Below, piece by piece: positions 57,938-64,000 of a stretch of 64,000 nucleotides of DNA (position 1 is the stretch's first letter; each line of letters opens with the position of its first letter). The notes under the pieces are model-generated. The model saw nothing but the letters and a program-made list of their open reading frames with translations, did not search any database and was not told the origin of the DNA. This DNA comes from Anaerolineae bacterium. Lineage in GTDB: Bacteria > Chloroflexota > Anaerolineae > S140-20. Location: positions 11,784 through 75,783 of the forward strand of contig JALUTT010000181.1 of assembly GCA_027021705.1 (NCBI GenBank). The letters run 5' to 3'. A program made the position numbers and the translations under genes.

Positions 57938-59067
57938 TGTACCATCTCCGTGTAGAGGGTTTCGTACTGTCGGGCAACTTGACGGATGTCGAAGCGCTCC
58001 CAGGCCAGCTTCGTCCCGCGCTCTCCCATCCGCCTGCGCAGCGCCGCGTCGGTCAGCAGCGCGATGACGGCCTGGGCCAGGGCGTCGGCATCGCCGGGGG
58101 GAACGACCAGCCCGATCTCGTCGTCGCACCCCCGCACCAACTCGCTCATCGGCGGCAGGTCGCTGATGACGATGGGCTTGCCCGCCGCCAGGGCCTCCAG
58201 CAGCGTGATGGGGATGTCCACCTTGTCCCGCATCGTCTCCAGGGGGAGCAGGACCAGGTCGCTGGCCCCGATGAGGAGGCGCATGTCGGGCACGACGTTG
58301 TAGAAGCGGACCGCCTCCGCCAGCCCCATCTGGGCGACGGCCTGGCGGGCAGCCGCCTCCCGCGCCTCGTCGTCCGGGGAGCGAGGGCGGCAGGCGAGGA
58401 GGACCCGCAGGTCGGGCACCTGGGCGGCGATGGCCGGCAGCGCCCGCAGCAGGAGATCGGCCCCGTAGCCGGGGCTGTAGTGGCCGGGGTAGAGGAGGAC
58501 GGGGTGGCCGGCGACGCCCAACTGCGCCTTCAGGCGGTCGGTCTGATCGCGGAGAGCGGCCCAGTGGGCGACGGGGATGGCCGGCGGAATCTGCACCGTG
58601 TTGGTCAGGCCCAGCCGGGCCAGCACCTGCCGCCCGTGCTCCGAGAGGACGACCAGCCGGTCGGCGAAGAAGAGGTGGCGGCCCAGAGAACGACCGTCGG
58701 CGGTGGCCGGCACGGTGTGGAGGGTCGGGCGGCGGCGGAACTCCGGCATCAGCCGGCAGAGCCAGGAGGAAAGGGCGTAGGGGCGGTAGATGAAGTGGTA
58801 GAGGTCCGGCTCGGCCCATCCGTTGACCGCCAACGGACGGCCCAGCAACCGCCAGTAGACCCGCGCCTTCTGCCAGAAGGAGGGCTGCCGGCTCCGGTAG
58901 AGGGGTTCCCTCTCCAGGTTGTCCCCCTCGGGGACCGGTCCCCCGCGATAGGTGAGGACGCGGAAGCGATGGGCGGGCAGCGCCGTCGCCAGCGCGTAGG
59001 CCAGGTTCTTATCCCCTTGATCCCAGGGCGGGGCGATGGGCACCGAGGTGATGAGAAAGATGTTCAT
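57934..59067 (-). CDS. Glycosyltransferase family 4
   Basis: PITLLEALAAGKPIVIS, GLVVPPGDADALAQA. Confidence 0.9.
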   Translation of the reverse strand: MNIFLITSVPIAPPWDQGDKNLAYALATALPAHRFRVLTYRGGPVPEGDNLEREPLYRSRQPSFWQKARVYWRLLGRPLAVNGWAEPDLYHFIYRPYALSSWLCRLMPEFRRRPTLHTVPATADGRSLGRHLFFADRLVVLSEHGRQVLARLGLTNTVQIPPAIPVAHWAALRDQTDRLKAQLGVAGHPVLLYPGHYSPGYGADLLLRALPAIAAQVPDLRVLLACRPRSPDDEAREAAARQAVAQMGLAEAVRFYNVVPDMRLLIGASDLVLLPLETMRDKVDIPITLLEALAAGKPIVISDLPPMSELVRGCDDEIGLVVPPGDADALAQAVIALLTDAALRRRMGERGTKLAWERFDIRQVARQYETLYTEMVQ

Positions 59068-60251
59068 CGTGATCCCTCTGTCTGACGCAACGGCTCAGGG
59101 GCACCGAAGGCGTCGGCGGCGCTCGCCTCTTCGTAGACCTCCAGCGTGCGTTGGGCGGTGGCCGCCCAGGTGAAGGTGGCAGCCCGCTGACGTCCCATCT
59201 CGCTCAGACGGCGGCGCAGGGCCTCGTCGTGGAGCAGACCCCGCAGGGCTCCCGCCATCGCGCTCATGTCGTGGGGGTCCACCAGCACCCCTGCCTCGCC
59301 GACCACTTCGGGCAGCGAGGAGGTGGCGGCGGCCAGCACCGGCGTACCGCAGGCCATCGCCTCCAGGGCCGGCAGCCCGAACCCCTCCACCAGCGAGGGG
59401 AGGACGACCAGGTCGGCCAGGCTGTAGAGGCCGGGCAGGTCGGCCTCGGCCACCCAGCCCAGGAAGCGGACGCGGTGGCCGATCCCTTCCTCGATGACGG
59501 CCTGACGGGCCTCGTCGGGGAAGCGGGGGTCGGCCTCACCGACGAAGACCAGGTCGTGGGGGACCTCGACGGCGACACGGCTGAAGGCCCGCACCAGCCG
59601 GCCCAGGTTCTTGTGAGGCCGCCGAGCCCCCACGGTCAGGACGAAGGGCCGGAGCAGCCCGTAGCGCCAGCGCAGCGCCCGCCGCCGGTCCGGGTCGGAC
59701 GGCGGGGCGAAGCCGGGGTCCACCCCCTCGGGCACGACGGCGATCCGCTCCGGTGGGGTCCCGTAGAAGTGGGTCAGGTCGGCCGCCGTGGCCTGGGAGA
59801 CGGCGATGACCCGCTTGGCCCGGCGCGTCCCCCAGGCCATCAGCAGCCGGTAGTAGGGGCGGGCCCAGCCCCACGGCATGTAGGCCGGATAGCGGTCGAA
59901 GATGAGGTCGTGGACGGTGACGACGACGGGGCAGGGGGCCAGGAGCGGCGCGGCGAAGTAGGGCGTGTGGAAGAGGTCGGCCCGGCTGCGGCGCAGGAGG
60001 AGCGGCCACAAGAGTTGCTCGTGGGGCCAGTAGAGGGGCCAAGGTCCTTCGCACAACTCGACGTTGGGCCGTGCGGCCAGCCCGCTCCAGTCGAAACGGC
60101 TATCCTGCCCCCGCCCGCAAAAGACGATGAAAGTCCGTTCGGGGGCGGCGGCGACCATCGCCTCCAGCAGGCGGAAGGCGTAGCGACCGATGCCGTGATA
60201 GCGGTCGTTGATGTAGCGGGCGTCGAAGGCGATGCGCTCAGGCGGGGTCAT
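59064..60251 (-). CDS. Glycosyltransferase family 4 (MtfB-like)
   Basis: GIGRY, TVHDL, PHKN, PSLVEGFGLPALEAMACG. Confidence 0.92.
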   Translation of the reverse strand: MTPPERIAFDARYINDRYHGIGRYAFRLLEAMVAAAPERTFIVFCGRGQDSRFDWSGLAARPNVELCEGPWPLYWPHEQLLWPLLLRRSRADLFHTPYFAAPLLAPCPVVVTVHDLIFDRYPAYMPWGWARPYYRLLMAWGTRRAKRVIAVSQATAADLTHFYGTPPERIAVVPEGVDPGFAPPSDPDRRRALRWRYGLLRPFVLTVGARRPHKNLGRLVRAFSRVAVEVPHDLVFVGEADPRFPDEARQAVIEEGIGHRVRFLGWVAEADLPGLYSLADLVVLPSLVEGFGLPALEAMACGTPVLAAATSSLPEVVGEAGVLVDPHDMSAMAGALRGLLHDEALRRRLSEMGRQRAATFTWAATAQRTLEVYEEASAADAFGAPEPLRQTEGSR

Positions 60252-61938
60252 AGCTTGCCTCCAGACCGGGGGAGGGCAGCAGGCTCAGCCCGATGGTGAT
60301 GGCCCACCACACCCCCAGGGCAACCAACAGCGTGTCCACGAAGCCGGCCTGGGCGGGCTGGAAGCGCTGGAAGCGGGGCAGGCTCACCGAGGGGGGCTCC
60401 GGCCCATCCTCCCCGGGGTAGTCCACCCGGTAGAGGGTGATGAGGCCGTAGCTGTCCCCCTCCACGGCGAAGAGCCGCGTACCCTGGGCTTGGATCCAGG
60501 CGGCCAGGGCCGGCGTCATACGGCCATACCGCCCCTGCACATCCTTGGGGGCCAGGGCGAAGTAGTGCAGCCCCAGGGCCTGGGCCTCTTCGGGGGTGGC
60601 GGCGTCGGCGATGGGCCGGTCGGGGAAGAAGTACCAGTACTTGATGGCGTCGCCGCTGGCGTTGAGGGGCGCATCGGCCGGCAGGTGCTCCGCCACGTAG
60701 GCGGCCAGTTGGCGATAGCCGTTGTCCAGGCCGAAGCCGTAGGTCGTCACCCAGCGGACGGCGTTGTAGGGCAGGATGAAGAGCAGGAGGATGCCCAGGG
60801 CCAGCCGGTGCCAGCGGTTCACCAGGCGCGGGAGGAAGGCGGCCGACGGGGTGGGGAGGGTGGCCGTGTAGCCCACCAGGAGGATGGCCGGCACCAGCAG
60901 GAAGTAGAAGAACTGGTCGTTGCCGCTGCCCACCAGGGTGACGAAGGCGTAGAAGGGGTAGAGGACCAGGCCCCACAGCCCCAGCAGCCGGCCGGCCCGC
61001 TCGCGGCGATGGAAGAGGAGGAGCCAGAGGGTGGCGGCCCCGCCCAGGGCCAGGAGCAGGTAGCTGCTGCCGTAGTCGGTCAGCCGGCGCAGCAGGAAGT
61101 TCCACAGGGAGACCTCGGGCCGGTTCCAGCCGGAGAGGTGGATCAGGCCGATCAGCCGCTGCAGGGAGAGGCTCTTGACGTGGACGAAGCGGTCCCAGCG
61201 GCCCGTGGTCAGGGCCCAGAGCGGGAAGATCAGGTAGCTGAGCCCGGCGACGAGGACGGTCAGGAAGGGCATCCAACGGGCCGCGCGGGTCAGGGGGCGG
61301 CGTCGGCCCTCCAGCAGCCCGAAGAGGAGGACGGCGAGGGGTGTGGTGAAGGTCAACTCCTTGGTCAGCAGGGCCGCGCCCAGCAGCAATCCGGCGACGA
61401 TGGCCCGTCCCGGCCGGACCGGTTCCCGGGCGGTGAGGAGCAGCGCCATCCCGGCCAGGCCGAGGAAGGCCGCCATGGTCTCCAGCATCGCCCGGCGGTT
61501 GATGCGCACGCCGAAGGGGTCCAGGACGAAGAGGGCGACCAGGAGCCACCCCAGCCAGGGACCCCGCAGCCGCCGGCCCAGGAGGTAGAGCAGGAGGGCG
61601 GTCAGGCCGGCGATGAGGGCGTTGAGGTAGCGGGCGTGGTAGACCCAGGCGAAGATGTCCCCAGGGGCGTAGACGGCCCCCATCGGATCGCGGGTCAGGG
61701 CCAGATAAGCCCCCTCAACCAGGAAGTAGAGGGGCGGGTGGACGAAGAGAGGCTCACCGTTGTCCCAGACCAACGCCCCCTCGGCCGCGACGCGAATCCC
61801 CGCCCGCGTGTAGAGGATCTCGTCGGTGAAGATGTCCGGTGCTCGGTCCAGTCGCCAGGCGATGGCGGCGAAGCCGAGCAGCAACGCCAGGAAGCCGATG
61901 AGTGCCCGTTGCCGAGTTCGCGTTTCGTGGTTCATCAT
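60238..61938 (-). CDS. GT-C superfamily membrane glycosyltransferase (ArnT/PMT-like)
   Basis: DE motif (FTDEILY), HPPLYF, multiple TM segments, ALLTKE. Confidence 0.85.
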   Translation of the reverse strand: MMNHETRTRQRALIGFLALLLGFAAIAWRLDRAPDIFTDEILYTRAGIRVAAEGALVWDNGEPLFVHPPLYFLVEGAYLALTRDPMGAVYAPGDIFAWVYHARYLNALIAGLTALLLYLLGRRLRGPWLGWLLVALFVLDPFGVRINRRAMLETMAAFLGLAGMALLLTAREPVRPGRAIVAGLLLGAALLTKELTFTTPLAVLLFGLLEGRRRPLTRAARWMPFLTVLVAGLSYLIFPLWALTTGRWDRFVHVKSLSLQRLIGLIHLSGWNRPEVSLWNFLLRRLTDYGSSYLLLALGGAATLWLLLFHRRERAGRLLGLWGLVLYPFYAFVTLVGSGNDQFFYFLLVPAILLVGYTATLPTPSAAFLPRLVNRWHRLALGILLLFILPYNAVRWVTTYGFGLDNGYRQLAAYVAEHLPADAPLNASGDAIKYWYFFPDRPIADAATPEEAQALGLHYFALAPKDVQGRYGRMTPALAAWIQAQGTRLFAVEGDSYGLITLYRVDYPGEDGPEPPSVSLPRFQRFQPAQAGFVDTLLVALGVWWAITIGLSLLPSPGLEASYDPA

Positions 61939-61959
61939 TTCCCCCCCCATCCGTGTTGT

Positions 61960-62105
61960 GGTCGGGTGGTCACTTGGTCAAGTGGTCGGGTGGTCACTTG
62001 GTCGCTAGGCCGCTAGGCCGCTAAGTCCTTGTCCCTTGCCCCTTGCCCCTTGTCCCTTGCTCCTTGCCCCTTGCCCCTTGCCCCTTGCCCCCTGCCCCCT
62101 TCCCC
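61960..62105. repeat. 8-bp (TGGTCACT/TGGTCGGG) and 7-bp (CCCCTTG) repeats; the 7-bp tract lies inside the 3' end of the GT2 ORF
   Basis: Direct inspection. Confidence 0.8.
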
Positions 62106-62950
62106 CTCCCGCCCTGCACGTACCCCCAGGCGACGGCGTAGGTGCTGATGGCCTTGAGGGGGCGGAAGCCCAGCCGCCAGTGGGGGTAGCCGTAGGAGTA
62201 GAGGATGAAGACGTTGGGCAAGACCCACAAGGTGGTGGCGAACAGGAAGGCCAGACGGTGCAGCGGCGTGGGCAGCCGGGGGCCGATCCTCTGCTCCGGG
62301 CGCCGGCGGGCCTCCTGGCCGTAGCCCACCCCGTAGCCGTAGAACTTGCGCAGAAGCGCCGGCAGGTTGTCCGGTGCCGGGTGCTCCACCCAGACGCCGG
62401 GCATCAGCAGGAAGCGGTAGCCCCTCCGGCGGATCCGGTAGAAGAGGTCGGTGTCCTCGCCGGTGACCAGCGTTTCGCAGAACCCGCCTGCTTCTTCGTA
62501 CACATCCCGTCGCATCGCGCAGCAGGTGGTGGTGACGAGGGAGTGGCCGTACCCGTTCAGGGGCGGGTTGGTCTCCAAGGGCTGCGAGGGCACAGGGTTG
62601 ACGGTGCGCGGGATCTCGGCAGCCACCCGCCGTTGGAACCAGGAGGCGTTGGGGGGCAGTACCCGGGCCGCCCCCGTCACGCCGACGGTCGGGTCCTCCA
62701 GAAGCGGACGGACCAACCGCTCGATGAGGTCGGGCTGGGCAGGCAGCGCATCGTCGTCAATGAAGAAGAGGACCTCGCTCCGGGTGGCCTCCACGCCCTG
62801 CCGCCGGGCGCGGCCGGCCGGTCGCACGCCCCGGACGACCCGGATTTCGGTCGGCGGCCAGGTCTGGGCGGCCAGGGCCGCCTCCAGGGCTGCGGTGTTG
62901 CCGTTCAGGCTGGGGACGATGGCTGCGATGGAAGGTGGGTTGCCGGTCAT
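62021..62950 (-). CDS. Glycosyltransferase family 2
   Basis: ARRQGV, FFIDDD, AGGF...GEDTDL. Confidence 0.88.
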   Translation of the reverse strand: MTGNPPSIAAIVPSLNGNTAALEAALAAQTWPPTEIRVVRGVRPAGRARRQGVEATRSEVLFFIDDDALPAQPDLIERLVRPLLEDPTVGVTGAARVLPPNASWFQRRVAAEIPRTVNPVPSQPLETNPPLNGYGHSLVTTTCCAMRRDVYEEAGGFCETLVTGEDTDLFYRIRRRGYRFLLMPGVWVEHPAPDNLPALLRKFYGYGVGYGQEARRRPEQRIGPRLPTPLHRLAFLFATTLWVLPNVFILYSYGYPHWRLGFRPLKAISTYAVAWGYVQGGRGKGAGGKGQGARGKEQGTRGKGQGTRT

Positions 62951-62983
62951 TGCTCGTCGGACCTCCCAGGAACCTATCGGGGC

Positions 62984-63817
62984 CTACGGAGACTCGTAGG
63001 CGGGCAGCGGGCTCTGCCCCCGGACCGGGATGGGCCGCAGGTGGCGGTAGCGCCAGCGAAGCTCCCAGGTGCGCCACATCGCCTCCAGCTTCACACTCAG
63101 GGACATCTTGGAGCGGCCCTCCCGCCGGTCCTCGAAGTAGATGGGCACCTCCAGCACGCGGAAGCCCAGCCTCTCCGTCAGGTAGGCCATCTCGACCTGG
63201 AAGATGTAGCCGTTGCTGCGGATGGGGTGGGCCAGGACGGCCTGGAGCGTCCGCCGGCTCCAGAGCTTGAAGCCGGCCGTCGCGTCCCGGACGCGCAGGC
63301 CCAGGATCAGCCGGACGTAGACGCTGTTGGCCCACCAACTGAGTCCGTAGCGCCACCAGCTCCAGTCCGGGTCCAGCCGCCCCCCTTTCACGTAGCGGGA
63401 GCCGACGACGACGTCGTAGCGGTCGGCGTGGCGCAGGAAGCGGAGGATGTCGGCTGGCGCGTGGGAGAAGTCGGCGTCCATCTGGACAATGAGGCCGGCC
63501 CCCTGCTCCAGCGCGTAACGGAAGCCCTCCCGGTAGGCGGACCCCAGCCCCCGCTTGCCCGGACGGTGGACCACGTGCAGGCGCCGGGGGTGGCGGGACC
63601 GCCAGATCTCGGCGATGGCCCCGGTGCCGTCGGGCGAATTATCGTCCACAACGACGACGTGGAGGTTGGGCACGGGCAGGGCGAGGAGATCGGCCAGCAG
63701 GGCCGGCAGATTCTTCGCCTCGTTGTAGGTGGGGACGACCACGAAGAGCGGTGGTTGCCCCTCCCATCCTTCCTTCCCGGAACTCTGGTGCAGATCATCT
63801 ATCCTCGTCATCTTCAT
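62984..63817 (-). CDS. Polyprenol-monophosphomannose synthase (DPM1/Ppm1-like)
   Basis: VPTYNEAKN, VDDNSPDGTG, GLGSAY, QMDADFSH, GSRYVKGG, DATAGF, SNGYIFQVEM. Confidence 0.92.
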   Translation of the reverse strand: MKMTRIDDLHQSSGKEGWEGQPPLFVVVPTYNEAKNLPALLADLLALPVPNLHVVVVDDNSPDGTGAIAEIWRSRHPRRLHVVHRPGKRGLGSAYREGFRYALEQGAGLIVQMDADFSHAPADILRFLRHADRYDVVVGSRYVKGGRLDPDWSWWRYGLSWWANSVYVRLILGLRVRDATAGFKLWSRRTLQAVLAHPIRSNGYIFQVEMAYLTERLGFRVLEVPIYFEDRREGRSKMSLSVKLEAMWRTWELRWRYRHLRPIPVRGQSPLPAYESP

Positions 63818-63827
63818 CCTCCTCCCA

Positions 63828-64000
63828 TTTCCCTCGGTGCCTCATTCCCTCGTTCCCTCGATGCCCCATTGCCTCGTTCCCCCGTTGCCCCATTCCCTCG
63901 TCCCCTCGTTGCCTCATCACCTCGCCCCCCCGTTGTCCCATTCCCTCATCCCCTCGTTGCCTCATCACCTCGCCCCCCCGTTGTCCCATTCCCTCATCCC
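63828..64000. repeat. 9-bp-unit repeat with 45-bp higher-order period, continuing past the window end
   Basis: CCCATTCCCTC.TCCCCTCGTTGCCTCATCACCTCGCCCCCCCGTTG recurs. Confidence 0.8.

Noticed and set aside
57938..58819. N-terminal 294 aa of the 896-aa ORF
   Set aside because: It overlaps the GT4 gene in another frame; the real start is the signal peptide at 57937.

Overview
High-GC (roughly 65-70% by eye) bacterial chromosome segment, probably Chloroflexota/Anaerolineae. This is an inference from the YLPLV-type motifs, the GlyA-GcvT fusion and the repeat families. Left part (1-31 kb): a HutC-like regulator with a Liv-type ABC transporter and hutU, interrupted by toxin-antitoxin modules and a truncated IS630; a RocA-like aldehyde dehydrogenase; a YprB-like exonuclease; an AapJQMP transporter; a GlyA-GcvT fusion; and DUF362, glycosyltransferase, radical SAM, ceramidase-like and MFS genes. 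Right end (56-64 kb): a polyprenol-phosphate-sugar glycosylation locus. The centre (32.8-55.7 kb) is one minus-strand defence operon: a non-canonical BREX/Pgl system (orf-brxA-brxF/B-pglX ... pglY/brxC-pglZ-brxL) with a lower-GC NLR cassette inserted between pglX and pglY. The cassette holds (i) a small Bell-like helical protein with two different amyloid-like C-terminal motifs, (ii) a sensor-less NB-ARC protein whose N-terminus matches motif 2, (iii) three separately encoded, translationally coupled TPR paralogues sharing the helical arm that normally follows NB-ARC (a split, multi-sensor NLR), and (iv) a large second STAND ATPase whose N-terminus matches motif 1. This is the best candidate for an undescribed system. 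At least five families of small palindromic or tandem repeats occur in intergenic regions, and two copies lie in-frame inside pglX.
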